DNA of 32,000 nucleotides from Candidatus Paracaedimonas acanthamoebae (GTDB lineage Bacteria; Pseudomonadota; Alphaproteobacteria; Caedimonadales; Caedimonadaceae). Each line of letters starts with the position of its first letter. Positions within the stretch are counted from its first letter, which is position 1. Below, in pieces: positions 1 to 8,580 of this stretch. The stretch is from the NCBI GenBank assembly GCA_000743035.1, contig CP008936.1, positions 1,530,001 through 1,562,000 of the forward strand, in the 5' to 3' direction. Under the pieces are notes generated by a model, which saw nothing but the letters and a program-made list of their open reading frames with translations, was not told the origin of the DNA and made no database searches. A program made the position numbers and the translations under genes.

Positions 1-556
1 GTATAAGATCACCTTGAAGAAGATTCTTTTCATCATTATGTCCGTAATATTTTTTATGAAACCTTAAAGTCACATTATCTAATTCATCAATTAAATATAA
101 AGAACTCTCTGGAATAAAAATAAATTTTTTGCAAGGTTTCTCAAAACTTAATTTTTCACTTTCCGCGGCGTCTGTCTCAGAAATATTAATACACTCAATA
201 CGGCTATTCGATAAAAGATCGATTACGTTTGCTTCTACAGAAGTGCCTGATAAGTTTAAAAAATTTATAGGGAAAGAAGTTCTATTCAATTCATTTAAGA
301 GAAGTTCTACACTTCTTGAACTTATAGAGATATCACCAGATAAATCTATTGAAAGAGACGTAATTGTATGACGTTTACTTAATTTTTCTTGAATATCTTT
401 AACAAAAGAAAGTGTGTCAAAAATGTGTGGAGGGTACTTTTGAGCGGATTTAATGGAGACAGAACCATCTTGTAATTCTTCAATAAGTGATGAATATCCT
501 TCATTATGCCAAGAAACAAAAGTAATTAAAACTAAAGGGATAAAAAATTTTAGCAT
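1..556 (-). CDS. Partial secreted leucine-rich-repeat-like protein (C-terminus lies beyond the window edge)
   Basis: The minus-strand frame is open from the ATG at 556-554 to position 1 with no stop. It is absent from the ORF track because it is truncated. The translation MLKFFIPLVLITFVSWHNEG... has a hydrophobic N-terminus and LRR-like periodicity (LSIDLSGDISISS, INFLNLSGTSVEANVIDLL, IECINISET). It starts 2 nt after the stop of the upstream gene 558..1931. Confidence 0.5.
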   Translation of the reverse strand, partial: MLKFFIPLVLITFVSWHNEGYSSLIEELQDGSVSIKSAQKYPPHIFDTLSFVKDIQEKLSKRHTITSLSIDLSGDISISSRSVELLLNELNRTSFPINFLNLSGTSVEANVIDLLSNSRIECINISETDAAESEKLSFEKPCKKFIFIPESSLYLIDELDNVTLRFHKKYYGHNDEKNLLQGDLI

Positions 557-557
557 G

Positions 558-1931
558 CTACTCTCCTATTTGATATTGGATAGGGATTCTAACAATACCT
601 TTCCAATGCTCGATATCTTTCGGATTCTCTTCCTTAGATAAACGTTTTAAATCCTCTCTACTCAAAGAGAGACCCGCAATATTAGAAAAATTCTTCACAT
701 CATCCTTCTCGTAAAGTTCTAGAAAAGATATGAATAAAGGTGTTTGTGATATTAATCTATGACTGACTTCTTCACAATTCTTGCATGTACTTCTGGGGGT
801 ATAAAGGAAATAGATAGACTGTAATAATTCCACCTGTGGCTTCATAGTCTCAAGGTTATGTCTATGACGTTGTACCCAGGCAGCCAGCAAGGGTTCAGAA
901 TGTTCGTCATTGACAGAATTAAAACGTATGATAGGTATAGGATTCAAGCTGTTATCATAAGCATAAGTCCTATATTCTTCTGGAGAAATCCCCAAAAAGT
1001 AAGAATATTTTGGGAATTCTTTGGACATCAAAGCATCTTCGGACATCAAAAAATCTTTTAATTTATTTTTTATATCTTCCGATAAAATATGCTCTATAAA
1101 AATTCTTCTTTGAGCATATTCAGATTGTAAATAACCATCTTTTAAAAAAGCTTTCCATCTATTCAAGTCTGATTGAGTTATATTCGCGCTTGGATCGGAA
1201 AAAGTACCTGCCTCAATAAGGCTATTTAATTTCTTTAATAATGCTAATTCATCACTGGATACAGCAGAAAGAGGAGTTTTATGTCTTGGCTCAATTTTTT
1301 CTATTATTTTTAGGGAGGTCTTAAAAAAATTCGTCATCTCGTTTAAGAGGCTATTATACTTGCCATCTGTTCTTATTTTTTCAAAATCCAAACCACGTAA
1401 AAAATTATCTAGTGCTTTTTGTCTTAAAAGATTTGCGGACAGAAATAGACTTTGGCGACTGTGAGTAGGCCAGGCTAAAAGATGAAAATCCGTATCTTCT
1501 TGAGTCGTTATCTCCCATTGATCTGCAGAGGAGCTAGAAGCTATCATAGCTCTACCATCAGAATCTAACAGTATCTGAAAAGGCATTGCTTGAACTTTGC
1601 CTTTTATTGAAACAATGTGCTGAACTCCAATAGAGCAAAAATTAATACGTGTCTTGATATCAAAAGGTTTCTGGTTTTTTTTGAAAAATCTAGAAACTGG
1701 CGGCTTAAAAAAACTTCGTTCTTCTATCCTCGCATAAAAATCTTCCACCACTCCCTTTAAAACTTGATGGCTTTGCCGAATATCTTGTTCTCTCAAGGTA
1801 AATTCGTTTGATGAGCTAAAACACGAATTTCCTGAAAAGAAAATAAGCAATATAAGGGCCAAATAAATTGCCTTAGAAACAAACAAATTAAGCGATTTTT
1901 TTCTTATCATGTTTTTTCTCTTTAACCTCAA
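558..1931 (-). CDS. Secreted or membrane-anchored hypothetical protein with a C-terminal deaminase-like HxE...CxxC signature
   Basis: 457-aa ORF. The N-terminus has a basic stretch followed by a hydrophobic segment (KKSLNLFVSKAIYLALILLIFFSG). Residues 344-386 read HSE-x36-CKNC, with a strand-like IYFLYT immediately before the Cys pair. Confidence 0.6.
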   Translation of the reverse strand: MRLKRKNMIRKKSLNLFVSKAIYLALILLIFFSGNSCFSSSNEFTLREQDIRQSHQVLKGVVEDFYARIEERSFFKPPVSRFFKKNQKPFDIKTRINFCSIGVQHIVSIKGKVQAMPFQILLDSDGRAMIASSSSADQWEITTQEDTDFHLLAWPTHSRQSLFLSANLLRQKALDNFLRGLDFEKIRTDGKYNSLLNEMTNFFKTSLKIIEKIEPRHKTPLSAVSSDELALLKKLNSLIEAGTFSDPSANITQSDLNRWKAFLKDGYLQSEYAQRRIFIEHILSEDIKNKLKDFLMSEDALMSKEFPKYSYFLGISPEEYRTYAYDNSLNPIPIIRFNSVNDEHSEPLLAAWVQRHRHNLETMKPQVELLQSIYFLYTPRSTCKNCEEVSHRLISQTPLFISFLELYEKDDVKNFSNIAGLSLSREDLKRLSKEENPKDIEHWKGIVRIPIQYQIGE

Positions 1932-1987
1932 ATAGAAGTTCCTATATTAGCAAATCAAAAAGATCAGGGAGATCAAATCATTCACTC

Positions 1988-3178
1988 TTAAACGCTGCTC
2001 TTTTCCAAAACAACTTCACGAGGAAAAGAATCTGCGGGGGAAATTTTTGAGATATCTAACTTATAGAATTCCTCTATGGCAGACTTTTGCTTTGGATCTA
2101 ATCCCTCTTCTTGAAAAACATATTTTTTAAAAGCATGAAAGAAAGAACCATCTTCGCCTAAAGTCTTGACGATACTCTCTAATCCTGAAAAAAAATAAGG
2201 AAAGTCTATAGAATTTAGATTTGGGTCTTGCAAAGTCACGCTCTTTTTAAAGACTGAACGTTCAATAAGAGCGCCTGCCATCAGAACAACATTTTGATCC
2301 GTAACAACGTTATTTTCAATAAAAATTCCTGGAACTAAACCTAAATAACTTATAATAGGGATATTATGAGACGTCATATAAAGACATCCACTATTTCCTT
2401 CTTGAGAAGAAATATAAATAGCCTTTCCTCTCATCATATTAACAGCAGCTTTAGGAAGTTTTTTAAGGCCTGATATTACTTTAGTCATATAGATATTTTC
2501 AAGAATATAAGGGGAAATGATATAATCTTCTAAAAAATCATACGATATTTTAGCTGCGCTATGATGTGAATAATGATCTTTGCTTTTTTCTTCATATTTT
2601 TTTCCATCAAAAGCTTTAGACTCATCACCAAGATAATGATAGATTACAGCATTCTCTTTTAAATCGCCTGTTATTTCCTTTGCCCTCGACGTGTTCTTTT
2701 CATCACCGATGGCTTCAATAGTCACAAAATTCCCTTGATGTGGACGGATAACTAGTGACTTACCATCTGCAATACTTTTTTCAGCGAGATCATAGATCTG
2801 GCGCGCATCATAAAAAAATTCTTTTTTCTCGCTTACCGTTAAAACGGGGCAACCCGCTAATCTCGCGAATAAGAGAAGATCAAAAACTTGTTTTTTTAGA
2901 GTCGTTCCTTTGAAAAGACCTATACTATCTTTAAATTGGTCATATTCTTCTTGAGAAAGTTCAGAAAAAGTCTTTTGGGATAATTCGCTTTTCTCTAGAG
3001 TTGATGCAAAAATACGACTAAAATCATCACTTTCATTAGCTTTCATAAATGCTTTTTTAGGATTACTAAACGCTTTTTCTAACTCTTGCATATTATCTGT
3101 TAATGAACTGCACTTTCCACCAACTGGCAATATCAAACCACACCAAAAAAAAGAAACTATTAAATAATTAAGCTTCAT
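1988..3178 (-). CDS. Hypothetical secreted protein
   Basis: 396-aa ORF with a signal-peptide-like N-terminus (MKLNYLIVSFFWCGLILPVGG). I recognise no family motif. Confidence 0.55.
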   Translation of the reverse strand: MKLNYLIVSFFWCGLILPVGGKCSSLTDNMQELEKAFSNPKKAFMKANESDDFSRIFASTLEKSELSQKTFSELSQEEYDQFKDSIGLFKGTTLKKQVFDLLLFARLAGCPVLTVSEKKEFFYDARQIYDLAEKSIADGKSLVIRPHQGNFVTIEAIGDEKNTSRAKEITGDLKENAVIYHYLGDESKAFDGKKYEEKSKDHYSHHSAAKISYDFLEDYIISPYILENIYMTKVISGLKKLPKAAVNMMRGKAIYISSQEGNSGCLYMTSHNIPIISYLGLVPGIFIENNVVTDQNVVLMAGALIERSVFKKSVTLQDPNLNSIDFPYFFSGLESIVKTLGEDGSFFHAFKKYVFQEEGLDPKQKSAIEEFYKLDISKISPADSFPREVVLEKSSV

Positions 3179-3374
3179 TTTTTCCTCCTCTTAAGCATAA
3201 AGTTAAAAAAACATTCGATTATTAGATAAAAATCCTTTCATTATTAATAGGACAAAAATTAATTCGACTCAATCTTTATTTAAAAGATTCAACCTACGCC
3301 TCTAAAGCCAAAACATGATTAATATTAAAGATATTATTCTTTATCTTGATAGTATCTTTTGATAGTATCAAAAG

Positions 3375-4343
3375 ATGAGCTACAAACCTCCCTTCATGAT
3401 TACTCCTAGGATTTTCTTTCTTTCTCAAGAGGTATCTCATATTCTTGGGGCTCTTGAAGGAGCAAGACTCAATATAGCACCCATCAAGCTTAGAAAAGAA
3501 AACAACATCAAAACAATTCAAGCATCCCTTTCTATTGAAGGAAACACTTTAAGTCTTGAACAAGTCAGTCATATCCTTGAAGGTAAGCCTGTTGTTGGGC
3601 CAAAGAAGGATATTATTGAAGTTCAAAATGCTATAGAAACTTACGCTTGTTTTGATGAATTTAATCCCTTGTCTGTTAGAGATTTTTTGCATGCTCATAA
3701 GCTTCTTATGAAAGGGCTTATAGAAGAAGCAGGACAATGGCGCTCCAAAGGAGTTGGTATCTTCAAAGGGGGGCAAGTAAAGCATATGCCGCCCCCAGCA
3801 AAACGTGTGCCTGACCTTATGGAAGATTTATTTGGCTTCTTAAAAAATGATCAAGAAACCCCCTGGCTTCTTAAAGCTTGTATATTTCACTATGAGCTTG
3901 AGTTCATCCATCCTTTTTCAGATGGAAATGGAAGGATGGGACGCTTGTGGCAACAGCTGCTGCTTGCTAAAGAAAACCTTGTTTTTAAGTACGTAACCGT
4001 TGAAGAGCTTATTAAGGCACGTCAACGAGAATATTATAGTGTTCTTGCAGAGTGCGACCAAGAAGGGGCATCAACAAAATTTATAGAGTTCTCTTTAAAG
4101 CTCGTTCTTGAGGCCCTGCAACAATATAGGAACATTACTAGTCCTACAGTTAATGATTCTAGGTCTCGTCTTGAGTATGCAAAAGATAAGCTTTCAGACG
4201 CATGGTTTTTACGCAAGGATTATATGGATATCTTTAAGGATGTTTCAACATCGACTGCAAGCCGGGATCTCTTACTTGGGGTAGAGGAGAATATCCTTAA
4301 GAAGCGCGGTACAAAGAACCAAACGAGCTATTATTATCTATAA
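3375..4343 (+). CDS. Fic family protein (AMPylase-type) with an N-terminal inhibitory-helix motif
   Basis: Canonical Fic motif HPFSDGNGRMGR (HPFx[D/E]GN[G/K]R). The upstream SLSIEGN matches the [S/T]xxxE[G/N] auto-inhibition motif. The C-terminal region looks like a winged helix. Confidence 0.85.
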   Translation: MSYKPPFMITPRIFFLSQEVSHILGALEGARLNIAPIKLRKENNIKTIQASLSIEGNTLSLEQVSHILEGKPVVGPKKDIIEVQNAIETYACFDEFNPLSVRDFLHAHKLLMKGLIEEAGQWRSKGVGIFKGGQVKHMPPPAKRVPDLMEDLFGFLKNDQETPWLLKACIFHYELEFIHPFSDGNGRMGRLWQQLLLAKENLVFKYVTVEELIKARQREYYSVLAECDQEGASTKFIEFSLKLVLEALQQYRNITSPTVNDSRSRLEYAKDKLSDAWFLRKDYMDIFKDVSTSTASRDLLLGVEENILKKRGTKNQTSYYYL

Positions 4344-4513
4344 TATCTTAGCGAGCAATTGAATATGTCTATGACAAAACAGAAGAGAACTTTGAAAAAA
4401 CAAGCTCTATTCACCTTGGATCTTTCTTAAATTTCTGAACTTGGCTTTGAGAAATGACACTGATAGGTTATTTCTGGTCGTACCTAGCTTAATCCCTAAA
4501 AGCAACAATCTTC

Positions 4514-4735
4514 CTAGTCTTCTAAATTATATAATCTTTGTGTTATCCTTTTAAGAGCTTCCCCTTCAGGCGTTAACTCCAATATACGTTTCCCTTGGTG
4601 GCGTAAGAACAGGTGCTGATGAAGTTTTTTTTCTAACTTAAAAAAATGAACTTTTAAATTTTCTGAAGAGGTATTTAAGGCTTTTGCAGCATCAACAAAC
4701 CTAGAGTAATGTATAGTTACAGCAAAATATCTCAA
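4514..4735 (-). pseudogene. LysR-family fragment (HTH domain only)
   Basis: The 73-aa ORF has a LysR-like HTH (AAKALNTSSENLKVHFFKLEKKL...LFLRHQGKRILELTPEGEAL) but no effector-binding domain follows. Confidence 0.5.
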
Positions 4736-4761
4736 AAGGTTAAGTTTATTATTTTTAATAA

Positions 4762-4921
4762 GTCAGTTAATCGCTGCTCTGAAAAAAAGAGCATTATCTA
4801 GAGTCTTATTAAATTCCTTATATATGCTATAAAGGTATTTCCCATATTTGGTCAGCTGACAAATATATTGCTTTCCATGTGTTTTTGAAAATAAAGGAAC
4901 ATTGCAAACTTTTTCTAATTT
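4762..4921 (-). pseudogene. Distal piece of a LysR-type gene split by the transposon 4922..7701
   Basis: The minus-strand translation from 4921 is KLEKVCNVPLFSKTHGKQYICQLTKYGKYLY..., a LysR HTH continuation (LE....LF.R......LT..G). It joins in frame to the piece at 7702..7829 once the insertion and one copy of the target duplication are removed. It stops early at 4793 and shows no effector domain. Confidence 0.6.
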
Positions 4922-5843
4922 AACCTCAGCTCGATATAAGAGGCGTCATTTTTGTGATTGCTTTTTCGAAAGTTATGCTTGGCTTTTTAGGTTTTAAAGA
5001 ATAAGCAAGGAGAGATGAAAGAACATTAGCAAAGTAATTCTGAACTGAGCGATGTCTTGTATGTTGAAGGTGTAAAATTGCTTTGAGTTGACCAATAACA
5101 GACTCTATAACACCTCTTTTATTGAGCCACCATTTTCTAATGGGCTCTAGGAACTGTTTTTTCATATTCCGCTTAAGTCTAGTGATAAGTTCTATATTTG
5201 AAGCTTTAAGAGTTTGAGAAAGCTTTTTACTCAAGTATCCTTTATCGCCAAAGAGCCATCCTTTAAGTCCTTGTGTGAGGGTTTGAACAACAGTGCGATC
5301 ATCTGTGCTTCCTGACGTTATTTTGAAATGCATGAGCTCTCCTTTATCATTAATGATAAGATGAAGTTTAAAACCAAAGAACCACCCTGTTGAGGTCTTT
5401 CCCCATTTTGCAAAATTTTCAAAAACTTTATGGCGTCCTATACGCCAATTGTCACACACTGGTAATTTAGTTGAATCAATAAAATACCGCCCTGTCTTTT
5501 CTGCAGGAATTTGCACCAATAAAAGAAGAAGGGGCATTATGGCCAAAGGAATTAGCTCAAGGAAACGGTTATAACTCACTAAGGTTGGAAAGGCATCTTT
5601 ATAGTATTGAGATAAACCACTCTTATAAAAATCCTTAAATGTTCGATAATGGCTTAACTAAAATAAAACGAGAATAGTCATAATCTCTGAGATAGACAAT
5701 CTACAAGAACGGCGGCGTTGGCCCTTAGAATTAGGCAGGAGTTTTACAGCACTTCTGTTCTCAAATTGCTTGCAAAAATCATCAATAAAGCAGAAAATTT
5801 CTTCTAAGGGGACCATAAAACCTCCTTTAAGTTGGTAGCTTAA
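4922..5843 (-). mobile_element. IS982-family insertion sequence (inner boundary approximate)
   Basis: Contains an IS982-type DDE transposase. The outer end AACCTCAGCTCGATATAAGAGG is repeated inverted at 7664..7701. The inner end near 5821-5843 is only an imperfect inverted match. Confidence 0.65.
4926..5816 (-). pseudogene. IS982-family transposase interrupted by an in-frame TAG
   Basis: The track ORF 4926..5579 (IDSTKLPVC..., GWFFGFKLHLIINDKGEL..., LFGDKGYLS) continues in the same frame upstream to the ATG at 5816 (MVPLEEIFCFIDDFCKQFE...). An in-frame stop lies at 5660-5658. The whole frame spans 297 codons including its two stops (internal TAG and terminal stop), a typical IS982 transposase size. 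Confidence 0.75.
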
Positions 5844-5940
5844 GAGATTTTATGGCCTCTATTCCTTTACCTCAATCACAATCAAAAAATAGTCTCTTAC
5901 ATTGAGTTCACTTTAGGAAAGTTATATCTAGTCCTATTAA

Positions 5941-7392
5941 TTATTTTTCAAGCTGAGCTAAAAGGTCCAGCGTAATACCAGCCCTTTGCAAACCTTTGGC
6001 CATGAATTTCATCTGGGCACGGTACATTTCATTATTGCCATGAGTTGCATCCACAAGAAAGCGGGTTTTATAGATCCAAAACTCAACCGCTGAACCGTTG
6101 CCTCCATCACCACGAATGGAACCACCCCATTGTTTAATGACAGCACTTACAGACTTAAGGGCATCATCCCACAAAGGAGGATGAGAGGCTGCCTTTAAAA
6201 TTTGCGTAAGCGTATAATGATGATCACTGTTTAGCTTAAGCGTGGGTTTCGTTTCTATTGAAGGATCTTTATCAAGCGTTATAGGCCTTTGTGCTAGTCC
6301 TGCTAGCTTTGCTTGTGCCCTTAAAGCTTTAGGATTGTTGATTGCAATTTTTTGCTGATTTGTATTTTGAGATAAGAAGTTATCATTTTTCGTAAAATTT
6401 TCTTCAATGATAATATTTTGACTCGGCACTTGCTGGATTTCTTCTACTTTCTCAAGGTTATCTATTTTGTTTTGAAGTTGCTCCATTGGCTTTAAAGAAT
6501 TATTTTTATCAGTTTGGTTCACCTCTTCTTTAACCAAAGGTTGCGTGATTATTGAGTCTTTAAGCGCTGTTTCAGTATTTTGCTCTAAAGACTTTTCTTC
6601 TGTCGAAACAATACTGGTTATAATTGCAGATTTTAGATTTTTCCTTTTCCTTGATTTCTTTTTTTTAGCCTTTAAACTCTTAGGTGCGCTTGTTCCCTCA
6701 ATCCATGCAGCCAATTCATCAACGGACTTTTTGGCAGATTTTTGTTGAGCCTTTTCTAAAATAAGCTTGTTTTTTTCTATCTCTTGCTCTTGAAGATACG
6801 AGGATGTCTGTTTCATGAGTGTAATAATTGCGTCAAAATCATTTACATCTGTTGCTATGTAATTATGATCCTCTGGAACGTTGAACCCTTCTGCTGGTGT
6901 GTTTGTATAAGTTTTCATGGCAAAAAGATAACGCAATTTTGTTAACTCAGTTAGTATAGATGTGGACCATTTCTTATTTAAAGTTACAATAGACTGTTCG
7001 ACTTTAGACCATTGTCTCTGGAAATCACGATTTGCTTCAATTGATTCCTCTAAAGCAACTTCATTAAATGTATTAGGGTTTGTGAGTGAGGCCAGAGCAG
7101 CTTGCAAACCCCTTCCATTTGTTGTTAGGATAGTAGATCCTTCTTGCTTCAACATCTGTTGATAAGCACGTGATTCAGGAGAAGTTCCTGATAATAATTC
7201 GTGACGCGTTTTATAAAATTCAAAGCGGCTTCGAGCGATTTCAAGAGCTTCTTCATAAGGGTTCAATGCAGTAACCTTTGAGGGGGCCAAGAGTGCTGTC
7301 TCAATGTCACTGTCTGAGGCATGCAGTGGATATAGGTTTAATAATAAGTGACTAACAGCAAGGCTAGAGACAATAGTTCTAAATTTTTTCAT
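5941..7392 (-). CDS. Secreted hypothetical protein (transposon cargo) with a Lys/Arg-rich tract and a HicA-like C-terminus
   Basis: 483-aa ORF with a signal-like N-terminus (MKKFRTIVSSLAVSHLLLNLYPLHA). The central tract reads SLKAKKKKSRKRKNLKS. The C-terminal approximately 70 aa (ALKSVSAVIKQWGGSIRGDGGNGSAVEFWIYKTRFLVDATHGNNE...AKGLQRAGI) follow a HicA/YcfA-like helix-strand-strand-helix pattern. Confidence 0.7.
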   Translation of the reverse strand: MKKFRTIVSSLAVSHLLLNLYPLHASDSDIETALLAPSKVTALNPYEEALEIARSRFEFYKTRHELLSGTSPESRAYQQMLKQEGSTILTTNGRGLQAALASLTNPNTFNEVALEESIEANRDFQRQWSKVEQSIVTLNKKWSTSILTELTKLRYLFAMKTYTNTPAEGFNVPEDHNYIATDVNDFDAIITLMKQTSSYLQEQEIEKNKLILEKAQQKSAKKSVDELAAWIEGTSAPKSLKAKKKKSRKRKNLKSAIITSIVSTEEKSLEQNTETALKDSIITQPLVKEEVNQTDKNNSLKPMEQLQNKIDNLEKVEEIQQVPSQNIIIEENFTKNDNFLSQNTNQQKIAINNPKALRAQAKLAGLAQRPITLDKDPSIETKPTLKLNSDHHYTLTQILKAASHPPLWDDALKSVSAVIKQWGGSIRGDGGNGSAVEFWIYKTRFLVDATHGNNEMYRAQMKFMAKGLQRAGITLDLLAQLEK

Positions 7393-7663
7393 AGTTTTTT
7401 ACTTTCATTATTAATAAGTTTATTAAAACTATATACATTAAATAGGAAAGTCAATCCTTTAATGTCAAAATGGCACAATATTATACCTTTCGAGTATCAG
7501 CCTGCAGGAGCGTCATATAACCTGTTAATGATCAGCTTAAAGCAGTCTTACACTTACTAATATACAAAGCACAGCTCAATTTAAAACTATTTTGCCAATA
7601 CCCTCACAACATTACTTACCTATTCCTTAAAACCTAAAAAAACAAGCATCACTATTAAAAAAT

Positions 7664-7701
7664 GATCACAAAAATGACGCCTCTTATATCGAGCTGAGGT
7701 T
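7664..7701 (+). mobile_element. Solo IS982 terminal fragment, inverted relative to the IS end at 4922
   Basis: gatcacaaaaatgacgcctcttatatcgagctgaggtt is the exact reverse complement of 4922-4959. It includes the last codons and stop of the transposase (ITKMTPLISS*). Confidence 0.8.
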
Positions 7702-7829
7702 AATTTAGTAATTCTATTTATAATTGTAACCCCTGTTATATTTAGTTTCATAGATGCTTCTAATAAAGTCACTGAATTCGCACATACAATAAAAGTATAT
7801 AAAAGCTTCCAATTAATATCTTTTGGAAT
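7702..7829 (-). pseudogene. Proximal (N-terminal HTH) piece of the LysR-type gene split by the transposon
   Basis: The minus-strand translation is ...DINWKLLYTFIVCANSVTLLEASMKLNITGVTIINRITK. It ends at the insertion junction and joins to KLEKVCNVPLF at 4921. No canonical start codon remains. Confidence 0.55.
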
Positions 7830-7941
7830 TTTAAAAGATTTAATTTTGTTACCTGTTTCTACAGAAGAAGTTAACTTATTAACAAAATTCTTTACGAAGA
7901 TATTTTTGAGGGTTTCATAGGACTCTTTAAATGCAATAGCT

Positions 7942-8196
7942 TCAGGGGTACTTTACTAAAGGGGATATTTCTAATACATAAATAACATCCTTACCGAGCT
8001 TCTTTCCTAATTTAATATATTTTTTATAGCAGTAGGGGAGAGTTATTCTAGCTTGTTTTGCAATTATAGATAAATCGAACTGAATATTTGGAACATTTAA
8101 AAGTTCTAACCATGCAAAATTAAGATCAATAGGGAACTTTTGAAATTGAGGGCTATTATAAGCTTTGATCATCATTGAAACAGCTTTTAACAACAA
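7942..8196 (-). CDS. Hypothetical 84-aa ORF (doubtful)
   Basis: ORF track only. No recognisable motif. It sits in decayed DNA between a LysR fragment and the palindrome. Confidence 0.2.
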   Translation of the reverse strand: MLLKAVSMMIKAYNSPQFQKFPIDLNFAWLELLNVPNIQFDLSIIAKQARITLPYCYKKYIKLGKKLGKDVIYVLEISPLVKYP

Positions 8197-8200
8197 TGAT

Positions 8201-8270
8201 ATTGAGCGACAATCAACATTACCGGCAATCTTCTCTGTCGTTTATCCGGTAATGTTGATTGTCGCTCAAT
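8201..8270. repeat. Perfect 25-bp inverted repeat with a 20-nt spacer
   Basis: attgagcgacaatcaacattaccgg (8201-8225) and ccggtaatgttgattgtcgctcaat (8246-8270) are exact reverse complements. Confidence 0.95.
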
Positions 8271-8578
8271 AGATTATACCCCCGCTCTTTTAAAAGCAGC
8301 CAAGGAAGGACTAAAGAAAATCTGGCTTTAGTTATAAGAAAGCTGGCGTATGTTTAATGGGATTAGTTGACAAGGAATGCGTCCAATACTCTCTCTTTAT
8401 CCGTCCTTCGCATAAGCTTGAGATTCTCATGCAAACAATAGATCACCTTAACAAGAAATACGGCAAGAGAGCTGTAAGTTATGCAGCTGTGGGGCAGAAA
8501 GCCTTAACCTTAACCAGTAGAGAGCATCTTTCATCCAGATACACAACCTCATGGGATGAGCTTGCGAAAGTAAGATAA
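8271..8578 (+). pseudogene. C-terminal remnant of a UmuC-like Y-family DNA polymerase (5' truncated, frameshifted)
   Basis: Two frames give TPALLKAAKEGLKKIW and then FSYKKAGVCLMGLVDKECVQYSLF...LNKKYGKRAV...SSRYTTSWDELAKVR. These match the conserved UmuC C-terminal segments (Y.KAGV.L..L, QL.LF, YTT.W.EL). Homology begins right at the palindrome. Confidence 0.65.
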
Positions 8579-8580
8579 CC

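Noticed and set aside
3294-4216. Minus-strand ORFs 3294..3521, 3549..3785 and 4034..4216, overlapping the fic gene
   Set aside because: They are antisense or overlapping shadows of a gene with a canonical Fic motif. No independent support exists.
6545-7162. Plus-strand ORFs 6545..6748 and 6962..7162, antisense to the 483-aa cargo gene
   Set aside because: These are shadow ORFs. The Phe/Leu-rich sequence mirrors the Lys/Glu-rich sense strand.
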